Assembly (NCBI GenBank): GCA_041618195.1
Contig: JBFJNL010000003.1
Coordinates: 1 to 37,783 of the forward strand
Source: Thermoplasmatota archaeon
Lineage (GTDB): Archaea > Thermoplasmatota > E2 > JACPAO01 > JAHFTW01
Direction: 5' to 3'
Length of the DNA: 37,783 nt
The translations under genes and the position numbers were made by a program. Positions 15,636 through 27,217 of the stretch are shown here, piece by piece. The stretch's first letter is position 1, and each line of letters begins with the position of its first letter. Below the pieces are notes generated by a model. The model ran no database searches. It saw nothing but the letters and a program-made list of their open reading frames with translations, and had not been told where the DNA came from.

Positions 15636-17867
15636 TTGACCTTCGACATCCAGAGCCGGGCCGCCGCCGGGCGCATCGGGCGCTTCCGCACCAACCACGG
15701 CGACGTGACGACACCGACCCTGATGCCGGTCATCAATCCCAACATCGATCTGGTCACGCCACGAGAGATGAAGGAGAAGTTCGGCGCCGAGATGGTCATC
15801 ACCAACTCATACGTCATCCACAAGCACGACCACCTTCGTGAAGCGGCGCTGACGGATGGCGTCCACAAGCTCATCGACTGGGACGGCGCCTTGATGACGG
15901 ATTCCGGTACCTTCCAGATGTACGTCTACGGCGACGTCGAGGTCGGACCCAAAGAGATCGTCGAATTCCAGGCCGACATGGGCGTCGATGTGGCCACCTG
16001 CCTCGACCTGTTCGTCACGCCAGACATGAGCCGCGAAGAAGCGGACGTCGCCGTCGCCACGACCATCGAACGCACCAAGCTGTCCGCCGACGTGCTGGCC
16101 GCCCGCCGCGCCGCGCCTCAGGGCGCTGGCCACAGTGGCACCATCCTCAACACGACCGTGCAAGGCGGCTTGTTCCCGGACCTGCGCCGCGGATGCGCGC
16201 ACAGCTACCGCGACCTTGATGCCGGCTACACCACAATCGGTGGCGTCGTCCCCATCATGGAACGCCAGATGTACCCCGAACTCGCCGAGGTCATCATCCA
16301 CAGCCAGTCCCAGTTGCGCAAGGACCGCCCGGTCCATTTGTTCGGCGCGGGGCACCCATTGGTCTTCCCCCTCGCCACGGCACTCGGCTGCGACCTGTTC
16401 GATTCGAGCAGCTACGCCAAGTACGCCAAAGACGGGCGCATCATGATCCCCGAAGGCACGCTGCACGTCGAAGACCTGCAGGAGTGGTCCTTCAGCAGCA
16501 AGTACCTCGACACCTGGACGCCCCAAGAGGTCACCAAGGCACTGCAACAGAAATCCCGCGGCCGCTACGTCGATGGCGCAGCCGACGGCGGCGCACCTGC
16601 TGCCGGCGACCGCATCAAGGAACGCGAAGGCCGCGACCCTCACTTCGCCGCCGAGCGCGCCTTGGCCCTCCACAACCTGGACGTCTGCTTCGCAGACATC
16701 CGGCGCATCCGCGAGGCCATCCGGACCGGCACCCTCTGGGAACTGGTCGAGCAGCGTGCCACCGCGCACCCGATGATGGCCGCCGCAGTGCGGCGCCTCG
16801 GCGAACCGGTCTTCCAGGCCTGGCTCGAACAACGGGAGCCCCTGAGCGGCGACAAGGCCCTGCGCTACACCGGCAGCAACACCCACCGCCGCCCCGGCTT
16901 CGCCCGCATCCGCGACCGGCTCGCCACCCGGTTCACGCCGCTTGGGCAGCCCGTCGAGGCCCCCATGGCTTCCGCCTACGCCGAAGTCGGTGAGGAGAAG
17001 CGCGAGATCGCGATGCACAAGGAGCCCCAATCCAAGCCGTTCGGCGCGGGGGTCCCTGGCCCGCTCGACCCCGAGCAGGACCACTTCATCATCAGCAGCC
17101 TCGGCCCCGTGCCGCTGGGTCTCGACGAGGCATACCCGTTCGCGCAATCGGTCCTGCCCCGCCTCGACGGCCTCGACCGTGAGCACATGGGTTGGGTCGG
17201 CGAGACGAAGGACCTCTTGCTGGCGGCCCATGACCTGATGCCCGGCATCCCCGGCCCGGGTCTGCCCGGGGAGGATGTCAGCCGTGACCTGCTACAGGTC
17301 ATGCGCACGGCGGATTACCAGTTCGGCCTCGGTGCCGGTGCCGTCTTGAGCGGGCTGGCCCCCGCCCAGGCGGTCCACGACGCGCTCGCCGCCCACCCGG
17401 AGCCGGCGGATCCCGCCGAGCTCATGGCGCATGTGCAGGCCCGCGCCGATGCCGTGTCCAAGGCTATCGCCGCGAGCGAGCCGCAGCCCCTGCGCTGCGA
17501 CAGCAGCCGTAAGACGGGCAAGATGCGCACCGCCCACCTGGAGGACCACGTCTTGAGCCTGCGGGCTGGCGATGGGTTGTTCACGCTGAAGCCGGCCGGC
17601 GCCGAGCTGCTCCATGCGGCGCTGCCGGCACCGGCCATGCGCGTCGTCGTCGGCGCAGACTCGGTTCCGTTCAATCGCGAAGGCAAGTCGGTCTTCGCCC
17701 AATTCGTCCTCTTTATGGATGCGGCCCTGCGCCCGGGCGACGAGTGCCTGGTGGTCGACGAGTCGGACGCCCTGATCGCCATCGGCCAGGTCCTGTTGGC
17801 CCCCGATGAGGTCGGCGACTTCGACCGCGGCATGGCCGTCAAGGTCCGCGACGGCTTCAAGGCGTAG
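15636..17867 (+). CDS. tgtA: Archaeosine tRNA-guanine(15) transglycosylase with C-terminal PUA domain
   Basis: TPTLMPVINP, ITNSY, MTDSGTFQ, VQGG, IGGVVP, HLFGAGHP, GCDLFDS, LHNL, G.LWELVE.R; PUA domain GKSVFA...LRPGDECLVVD...G.AVKVR. TTG start. Confidence 0.95.
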   Translation: MTFDIQSRAAAGRIGRFRTNHGDVTTPTLMPVINPNIDLVTPREMKEKFGAEMVITNSYVIHKHDHLREAALTDGVHKLIDWDGALMTDSGTFQMYVYGDVEVGPKEIVEFQADMGVDVATCLDLFVTPDMSREEADVAVATTIERTKLSADVLAARRAAPQGAGHSGTILNTTVQGGLFPDLRRGCAHSYRDLDAGYTTIGGVVPIMERQMYPELAEVIIHSQSQLRKDRPVHLFGAGHPLVFPLATALGCDLFDSSSYAKYAKDGRIMIPEGTLHVEDLQEWSFSSKYLDTWTPQEVTKALQQKSRGRYVDGAADGGAPAAGDRIKEREGRDPHFAAERALALHNLDVCFADIRRIREAIRTGTLWELVEQRATAHPMMAAAVRRLGEPVFQAWLEQREPLSGDKALRYTGSNTHRRPGFARIRDRLATRFTPLGQPVEAPMASAYAEVGEEKREIAMHKEPQSKPFGAGVPGPLDPEQDHFIISSLGPVPLGLDEAYPFAQSVLPRLDGLDREHMGWVGETKDLLLAAHDLMPGIPGPGLPGEDVSRDLLQVMRTADYQFGLGAGAVLSGLAPAQAVHDALAAHPEPADPAELMAHVQARADAVSKAIAASEPQPLRCDSSRKTGKMRTAHLEDHVLSLRAGDGLFTLKPAGAELLHAALPAPAMRVVVGADSVPFNREGKSVFAQFVLFMDAALRPGDECLVVDESDALIAIGQVLLAPDEVGDFDRGMAVKVRDGFKA

Positions 17868-18119
17868 GCCAGAGCGCAGCGGCGACGCTGCCCGCAGACC
17901 ACATCGAGCCAGCCGGCCCCGGGCGGACGCCGCGCCGGGCGGAGGAGCATCGCTGACCAGCGCAGGCCCCGAGTGCGGGCCAGGCCGGGGGCCCGACATA
18001 GGCCAGGCGGGCATACGGCACAAGCCCTCAACATGGCTGCGGACGCCAGCCAGCGGACCGGCCCGGCGCGGCCCTGCCGAGCACCATCTCGACAGGCAAT
18101 CGCTACCCTCCGGCACCCT

Positions 18120-18375
18120 GCCACCCAGTTCCTGGTTTCAGTTGGAACCCGATAAGCCGTCATCGGAAACGTAGAACCCTACATTTTCAGGAGATAACCA
18201 CTCCACAGGAAATGAAGGGGTCGGCAACGGCGCTCGGCAACCTATTTGTGCGGTGCCACTTTGGCTCGTTTTGCTTCGCATCGAACCTGTGCTGCGCATG
18301 CGACCTGTGGGAGGGTTGTAAGCGGATTTCACATGGGCTGATGATGCAGAATCGTATTACTGGGAGGAAAATTCA
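18120..18375. other. Probable chromosomal replication origin (ORB-like elements)
   Basis: Lower-GC intergenic region directly upstream of cdc6. Contains TCCACAGGAAATGAAGGGGT (+, 18202-18221, full ORB with G-string), GTTCCAACTGAAAC (-, 18135-18148), degenerate TCTCCTGAAAATGTAGGGTT (-, 18175-18194) and CCATGTGAAAT (-, 18326-18336). Confidence 0.75.
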
Positions 18376-19671
18376 TTGGTGGTCAACGATCTATTTGGGC
18401 AGCTCTTGGAAGTAGAGCCGCTCTTCCGAAACAAGGAAGTCATGCGCTCGTCTTACACTCCGGAGGACCTGCCTCATCGAGACAGCGAAATCCGTCAGTT
18501 GGGCGCCATACTGGTCCCTGCCCTGCGTGGTGAGACCCCGAGCAACGTCTTCATCTACGGAAAGACGGGCACGGGCAAGACGGCATGCGTCAAGTACGTC
18601 GGCAAAGAGCTCAGTTCCAAGGGACGCGAGCTCGGCAAGCGCGTGAACATGATCTACATCAACTGCGAAGTCGTCGACACGCAGTACCGTGTTCTGCAGA
18701 ACATCGCCAACGCCTTCGTGCCCGCCGACAAGTGGAGCCACCGCATCCCGTTCACCGGCTGGCCGACGGACGAAGTGTACGACGCTCTGCGCCGCTACGC
18801 CGACGGCAACATGAAGAACGACAACGATCGCTGGGAACAGGACCCCACCCGTACGGGCGGCGAAGTCACCATCATCGTGCTCGACGAAGTGGACAAGCTG
18901 AAGGGCGACGAAGTCCTCTACACGCTGACCCGTATCAACACCGACCTACAGCGCAACAAGGTCAGTGTCATCGGCATCAGCAACGACCTAAAATTCACTG
19001 AATTCCTTGACCCTCGCGTCAAGAGCAGCCTCGGCGAAGAGAGCATGATCTTCGCACCCTACGACGCCGAGCAACTCCAGGACATCCTGGGCCAGCGCGC
19101 CGAGATGGCGCTCAAGCCCGAGGTCCTGGAAGACAGCGTCATCCCCCTGTGTGCCGCCTTGGCAGCACGCGAGCATGGTGACGCCCGCCGCGCGCTTGAT
19201 CTGCTGCGCGTCGCCGCTGAATTGTGCGAACGCGAACGCCACGGCACAGTCAGCGAGGCCCATGTTCGCCTGGCCCAGAACAAGATCGAACTGGACCGCA
19301 TCAGCGAGGTCGTCCGCACCTTGCCCACGCAGTCCAAGTTGGTCCTGCTGGCGACCATCCTCGGCGAGGAAGCCAACCGCGAACAACGGGTCCACACGCT
19401 CACCACCGGCGAGGTCTTCGGGATCTACAAGGAACTGTGCGCCAAGACCGGCTGCGACGTGCTGACCCAGCGCCGTATCACGGACCTGATCTCCGAGCTC
19501 GACATGCTCGGCATCTTCACCGCCCGCGTCATCAGCAAGGGTCGCTACGGCCGCACCCGCGAGATCCAGATGAGCTGCCCCATCGACTCCACGCGCCAGG
19601 TCCTGGCCGAGGACGAGATGATCAAGGCGGTCGTCGATTTCCGACCCAAGATGCAGCACCGCCTCATCTGA
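18376..19671 (+). CDS. cdc6: Orc1/Cdc6 replication initiator
   Basis: LPHRD.EI, Walker A GKTGTGKT, YINC, Walker B IVLDEVD, LDPRVKSSL, HGDARRALDLLR, winged-helix ELDMLG...GRYGRTR. Non-ATG start (TTG 18376 or GTG 18379) after GGAGG. Confidence 0.97.
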   Translation: MVVNDLFGQLLEVEPLFRNKEVMRSSYTPEDLPHRDSEIRQLGAILVPALRGETPSNVFIYGKTGTGKTACVKYVGKELSSKGRELGKRVNMIYINCEVVDTQYRVLQNIANAFVPADKWSHRIPFTGWPTDEVYDALRRYADGNMKNDNDRWEQDPTRTGGEVTIIVLDEVDKLKGDEVLYTLTRINTDLQRNKVSVIGISNDLKFTEFLDPRVKSSLGEESMIFAPYDAEQLQDILGQRAEMALKPEVLEDSVIPLCAALAAREHGDARRALDLLRVAAELCERERHGTVSEAHVRLAQNKIELDRISEVVRTLPTQSKLVLLATILGEEANREQRVHTLTTGEVFGIYKELCAKTGCDVLTQRRITDLISELDMLGIFTARVISKGRYGRTREIQMSCPIDSTRQVLAEDEMIKAVVDFRPKMQHRLI

Positions 19672-19867
19672 AGCCGGCACGCCCATGGCTCAAGCATAGC
19701 GTGAGCGCCGCCGGGATCCGACGGTCACCGGCACCCATGCCGGCGGGACCAAGGCCCCCGGATGGCGCCACGCGTTTCTCGGGGCCAGCGGCCGCCAGTG
19801 GCTGGGGTGACGGCGCGAGGCGTCGAGCCCAGATGTCCGCGACCCGTTACGCAAGCCCCGAGTGGCC

Positions 19868-20857
19868 TCAATCGTCTTGGCCGCGGCGCTTCTGGACGAA
19901 GCGTACGACATTCTCCACCGCCACCGGGCTCAGCACGATGACCGCCAGACTGACGCCCATCAGGACCTTGGGGTCCGGGCTGGCGTTGCGGTAGTTGGAG
20001 GCGCCGGACGTGACATCACTGACGAACAGCTTGACCAGCCCGAGCCACGGCAACTCGCCGCGAGCTTTGCCAAGGATGTTGGCCGTCGTCACCGGAAACG
20101 CTTCGGTCCCGCTGCCCAGACCCTGATCGCCGCCGGCGTTGTTGTCGCCGCGAGTGAGGAAACCTGATTGCGCGGCGGTCAGGCCATCGAGCGCATGGTG
20201 GTTGTGAAGGTCGTTGAAGCCCATACGAGCCAGGCAGGTGTGCTCCAGACCCGTGCGCGGCACGCGGTCCAGGTCGGTGCAACCCCACTTTGCCGGAAGA
20301 TCGATGGAGAACGTGCCATCCCCATGGACCTGGAGATACGCCATGGCCCGGTGGATGATGGGTGGCCCGCTGCGCGTGGTCTTCTGGAAGATGATGACGT
20401 CACCGCAGGCGCCGTAGGTGTCGACGCCGTCGCAGCCACAATCGAGGTAGTCCGTGAAGGCATCACACCTGCCGACGGCCCCCGCCCATGACCGGATGTC
20501 GTTGCGGCTATCCGCGTCCTTGACGAAGATCAGATCCCCTGGATCGATGGTGCCGAACCGGCCATATGGCACGTCGTCGGCGCGATCACAATCGCGCCCG
20601 ATGATGGCGCCACCGGCGCCCTGGGCACAATGCATCATGCTGCCGGACTCGACGACGACCACGGGGCTGTCGACGAGGAACGTCTGACCCGTGGCACCCC
20701 ATAGGATGACGGCCAGTAGCAACAGGAACGCACCGATGCCCCCGACCTCGCGGATCAGGGGGTACGGCTTGTCGGCGCGGGTCAGGAAACGGTGCACCTG
20801 GGGGGCCCGTTCCTTCAGCCAAGCTAGGGGTCGGGCGAGGAGCCCGCTCTCCTTCAT
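19868..20857 (-). CDS. sec11: Archaeal signal peptidase I (S26B, Sec11-type)
   Basis: TM segment then VVVESGSM (catalytic Ser), IDPGDLIFV, PIIHRA (His), FLTRGDNN, GKARGELPWLG. ATG 20857 has a TTTTTCAT box about 25 nt upstream. Confidence 0.9.
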   Translation of the reverse strand: MKESGLLARPLAWLKERAPQVHRFLTRADKPYPLIREVGGIGAFLLLLAVILWGATGQTFLVDSPVVVVESGSMMHCAQGAGGAIIGRDCDRADDVPYGRFGTIDPGDLIFVKDADSRNDIRSWAGAVGRCDAFTDYLDCGCDGVDTYGACGDVIIFQKTTRSGPPIIHRAMAYLQVHGDGTFSIDLPAKWGCTDLDRVPRTGLEHTCLARMGFNDLHNHHALDGLTAAQSGFLTRGDNNAGGDQGLGSGTEAFPVTTANILGKARGELPWLGLVKLFVSDVTSGASNYRNASPDPKVLMGVSLAVIVLSPVAVENVVRFVQKRRGQDD

Positions 20858-20946
20858 CAGGCCAGCCAGCGCACACCCATGAAAAAGGGCCTCGCAACGA
20901 GCGCCCCAAACGGCTTTGTGAACCACCCTCGTCGCGCAGCCCGAAG

Positions 20947-21555
20947 ATGGGTGGCTACGCGGCTTATGCAGTTCGAGGGGCTGAAGCATCGCTCCCTACC
21001 GAGATGGGCGAGTTCCGCATCGTCGCCTACCGCGACGTGCCGACCGGCAAGGAACACGCGGCCATCGTCAAAGGCGACGTCAAGGACGGCGAAGCGGTCC
21101 TGACCCGCATGCATTCCGAATGCCTGACCGGCGATATGCTACAGAGCCTGCGCTGTGACTGCGGCCCCCAGCTCCAGGAATCCTTGCGGCTCATCGAGGC
21201 TGAAGGCAAGGGCGTCGTCCTATACCTGCGCCAAGAGGGTCGGGGCATCGGGCTGATCGAGAAGATCGCGGCCTATGAGCTCCAGGAACAGGGCCTTGAC
21301 ACCGTCGAGGCGAACCTGGAACTCGGCCACCCCGTCGACGGCCGCAGCTACGAGGCGGCGCTTGACATGCTGAAGGACCTTGGTGTCAAGAGCATCCGGC
21401 TCTTGACCAACAATCCGGCGAAGATGGAGGCACTATCGGATCTCGGCTTCGAGATCACCGAGCGCGTGCAGTTGGAGGTCGGCCACGGCGAGCACAACGC
21501 CGAATACATGCGCACCAAGAAGGACCGCATGGGCCATCTCTTGGACGACCTCTGA
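20947..21555 (+). CDS. ribA: GTP cyclohydrolase II
   Basis: RMHSECLTGD...SLRCDCG, YLRQEGRGIGL, DTVEANL.LG, LLTNNP.K, Y..TK..RMGH. Confidence 0.97.
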   Translation: MGGYAAYAVRGAEASLPTEMGEFRIVAYRDVPTGKEHAAIVKGDVKDGEAVLTRMHSECLTGDMLQSLRCDCGPQLQESLRLIEAEGKGVVLYLRQEGRGIGLIEKIAAYELQEQGLDTVEANLELGHPVDGRSYEAALDMLKDLGVKSIRLLTNNPAKMEALSDLGFEITERVQLEVGHGEHNAEYMRTKKDRMGHLLDDL

Positions 21556-21867
21556 TCACCAGAGGGCGAAGAACTTGAGGGCGCCGAGGATGGTGAGTCC
21601 GAGCACCGCGACGACGCTGATGGCGCCGGCCAGTTGCGGCGCGAAGCCAGGCAGGATGAACAGCGCCGGGCCAAGGACGACGAGGAGCCAGCCGACGCGG
21701 GCGTTGGCACCGAGTTCGCCGCGCATCATCATGATGCCGGCGACGACCATCAGGATCTCGGCGACCCAGTCGATGAACGGCACGCCGAAGGCTCCCAAGA
21801 AGACGAGGAATGCCAGCACGAACATGCTGACCCCGACGATGGCATCTCCGGCGTTCGCGTTGCCCAT
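21556..21867 (-). CDS. Small 4-TM membrane protein
   Basis: Four hydrophobic segments, TTCAAG box about 28 nt upstream, similar to the neighbouring gene. Confidence 0.75.
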   Translation of the reverse strand: MGNANAGDAIVGVSMFVLAFLVFLGAFGVPFIDWVAEILMVVAGIMMMRGELGANARVGWLLVVLGPALFILPGFAPQLAGAISVVAVLGLTILGALKFFALW

Positions 21868-21910
21868 GCGCTGGCCAAAGCCAGGGGCACTTGAAGCCTG
21901 CCGGTCCGGT

Positions 21911-22228
21911 TCACCACTTGCCGAGTAGCTTCAGGATGCCCAGTACGAGCAGTACCGCAGCCGCGACGGTCTCGATGATGCTGCTCAACATGCCCTGCAA
22001 GAAGTTCGGCACGACCAGCACGACGCCCGTGATCACGAGGACGACACCCATGAGGGTCGAGCCGCGCATCTTGCCGATGAGGACCAGGATGCCCATGACG
22101 ATGGCGGCGATGGCCGCAAGTGTGACGACGGGACCCAGATTCAGCCAGCCGAGCAGCGCGACGGCGCCCACGACGACTAGGATGACGCCGATGGTGGTGT
22201 CGGTCGTGTCATTGCTTCCATTGGCCAT
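21911..22228 (-). CDS. Small 4-TM membrane protein (distant paralog of 21556-21867)
   Basis: Similar length and Gly spacing; both end LG.LK....W. Confidence 0.75.
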   Translation of the reverse strand: MANGSNDTTDTTIGVILVVVGAVALLGWLNLGPVVTLAAIAAIVMGILVLIGKMRGSTLMGVVLVITGVVLVVPNFLQGMLSSIIETVAAAVLLVLGILKLLGKW

Positions 22229-22396
22229 GCGCCCGCAGTCCCGGGCCCGGCCTTATCCTCTTCGCTGCGCACCTGGACGCGGGGAAGGAGAAGGCGGCGT
22301 CGCGTGCGCCTTTGTTGGTCTGCGTGCACCTCGAGCTTTCACTGGCCCCTGCGGCAACCCATATAGCGAAGCCCAGAGTCGGCCAGAACCAATCGA

Positions 22397-25381
<2,985 letters not shown>

Positions 25382-25451
25382 GCACCGGACCCGCGAAGGC
25401 CACGGCCATCAAGGCGACACACTCAAACCCGGCCGCCCTGCTGCTGGCCGC

Positions 25452-25817
25452 ATGCGCATGGTCACCGCACACGTCCCCAACGCTGCGGGGATCCTTGCCC
25501 GGGTCGCCAAGGCACTGGCCGACGCCGAGCTGAACATCGCCGCGTTCACGGCCGATGCCAACCGCATCCGCATCTTGACGGACACGGCACAAGCTGCCGT
25601 GCGGGCGCTGGCCGACCTTGGCATCGCAGCCACAGAACACCACATCCTGGCCATCCAACTGGATGATCGGCCCGGTCGCCTCGCCGACGTCACAGGAAGA
25701 CTGGCGGACGCCGGCATCAACATCGAAGTCGCCTTCGGCGACGGCCGGGCCGGCACCCTATACTTGCGCGTCGCCGACCATCAGCGGGCGCAAGAGGTCC
25801 TGTCCCAGGTCGCCTAA
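25452..25817 (+). CDS. Tandem ACT-domain protein
   Basis: NAAGILARVAKALADAELNI and DRPGRLADVTGRLADAGINIE. Confidence 0.9.
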   Translation: MRMVTAHVPNAAGILARVAKALADAELNIAAFTADANRIRILTDTAQAAVRALADLGIAATEHHILAIQLDDRPGRLADVTGRLADAGINIEVAFGDGRAGTLYLRVADHQRAQEVLSQVA

Positions 25818-26068
25818 GCGTGCGGTGAACTCTCGACGCCGAAGGCGATCTTGAGGTCCACGCGGTACTCGGCCACCTTGCCATTGCGTACCTTCACAGT
25901 CAGATTGTTCACGTGGGCCCCCGTGATGCCTCGCGTCGAGCGCGCGGCGTCCTCGATGGCGCCCTCGATGGCCGCCTCGAAGGATTTCGTGGACGATCCG
26001 ACGACCTCCACGACCTTGGCTGTCCGATGTTCATGCATATTCTGGGGCTCTTTGAAGCTCAGCGCCAT
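25814..26068 (-). CDS. Dodecin-family (flavin-binding) protein
   Basis: AKVVEVVGSS.KSFE.AI..AI..A....RGI......V.NGKV.EYRV.LKI.F. ATG 26068 is preferred because GGTGA lies 5 nt upstream; 26038 is an alternative start. Confidence 0.9.
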   Translation of the reverse strand: MALSFKEPQNMHEHRTAKVVEVVGSSTKSFEAAIEGAIEDAARSTRGITGAHVNNLTVKVRNGKVAEYRVDLKIAFGVESSPHA

Positions 26069-26368
26069 CTTTGTCACCACACCGTCATGGACGCCGTGGC
26101 GCATAGCCTACGTGGTGCGGACCCCGGCCCCCAAACCAGGATGGTCCATTGCAGCCGCAGCGAAGTACTCAAATAACGCACCCAAGTCGGCCGCACTTAG
26201 AGGCAGTCCAGGGCCGACGGCGGCCCGGGCGTCCAGGAGACCATCCCGGCAAAGGATGGCGTCCAAAACCCTCGCCCATGCACGGCATGGGCACTCGCCA
26301 ATGAGCCGGGTCCTTGGGGACAAAGACCCCCGCGCCGAGTGCGCATTGGCAGCACACCCGCCCCAGTC

Positions 26369-26441
26369 GGTCCATTAGTGTAGCGGCCAATCATTTAGGA
26401 CTCTCACTCCTACGACCCGGGTTCAAATCCCGGATGGACCA
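26369..26441 (+). tRNA. tRNA-Glu (anticodon CTC)
   Basis: Acceptor stem GGTCCAT/ATGGACC, anticodon arm TAGGA-CTCTCAC-TCCTA, T arm CCGGG-TTCAAAT-CCCGG. No intron, CCA not fully encoded, pyrimidine tract follows. Confidence 0.97.
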
Positions 26442-26539
26442 CCTTCCTCTTCCCTTCTTTGTCCGTCGCGCGACGACCGTGCGACGCGGACCGGACCCCG
26501 TGCGCACACATTCAAGTGCCACCGGGCCGATGCCTCGCC

Positions 26540-27091
26540 ATGGCTATCACACAACGGGCGGTGATGTGGTTCGTGATCATCGCCGGCGCTGCGGTGCTGG
26601 TGTCGTACGTCTTGGGCATCGCCCGAGCCAAGCGCCCGGCGGATCTTTGGGGTGGCGTGACGCCGTCGATGCAGATGGCCATCGTCCCCGTCATGCTCCT
26701 CGCGGGGGCCGGCTTCATCGCGTATGCTTGGGTGATCCTGTTCCGCGCCGACGTGGCGGCCTTCGCGGCGTTGCGTTGGCCATGGGCCTCGTCTGATGGT
26801 CAGGGTGGCCAGCGATTGTTGCTGGCGTTCGCCGTGTTCTTGATCCCCTCGGCGTTCTGGCTGGAGACCACGTTGATCCACCTGCGCGCGCCGCAAGCCT
26901 GGACACCTGCGTTGGTCATCGGCGTCTTGGCCCTCGTGGCCGTCGGCGATATCATGCTGGGCCTTCTTGCGGTGGCGGCGTACAACGATGGCGTGGCCGG
27001 GGCCGGCTGGATGATCGCTGGTGCGGCCTTGTTGGGCCTGCAGGTGATCGTCAACGACCTGGTCATCTGGGTGTGGAAGTTCCCTTGGTGA
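26540..27091 (+). CDS. Hypothetical 5-TM membrane protein
   Basis: Five hydrophobic segments; TTCAAG box about 29 nt before ATG 26540. Confidence 0.75.
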   Translation: MAITQRAVMWFVIIAGAAVLVSYVLGIARAKRPADLWGGVTPSMQMAIVPVMLLAGAGFIAYAWVILFRADVAAFAALRWPWASSDGQGGQRLLLAFAVFLIPSAFWLETTLIHLRAPQAWTPALVIGVLALVAVGDIMLGLLAVAAYNDGVAGAGWMIAGAALLGLQVIVNDLVIWVWKFPW

Positions 27092-27217
27092 AGCCCCGGC
27101 AGGCACCATCCCCACCCAACGTGGCGACGGCCGCACCGGCCCTCATCCCGTGGGCCGCTTGCCCGCGACCCGAAGCGCCTTCTTGTCCAAGCGCCAAGTT
27201 CGCCCCGATTAGACTTG

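Noticed and set aside
15807-17231. 474-aa minus-strand ORF and similar shadows (22253-23374, 27871-29403, 34913-36082, 36276-37532)
   Set aside because: They overlap well-supported genes on the opposite strand and give low-complexity translations.
17868-18120. GC-rich spacer after tgtA as a possible gene or ncRNA
   Set aside because: No convincing ORF, promoter or recognisable RNA fold.
18800-18870. Insertion in Cdc6 before Walker B as a possible intein
   Set aside because: Only about 15-20 aa, with no intein terminal motifs; it is a simple loop.
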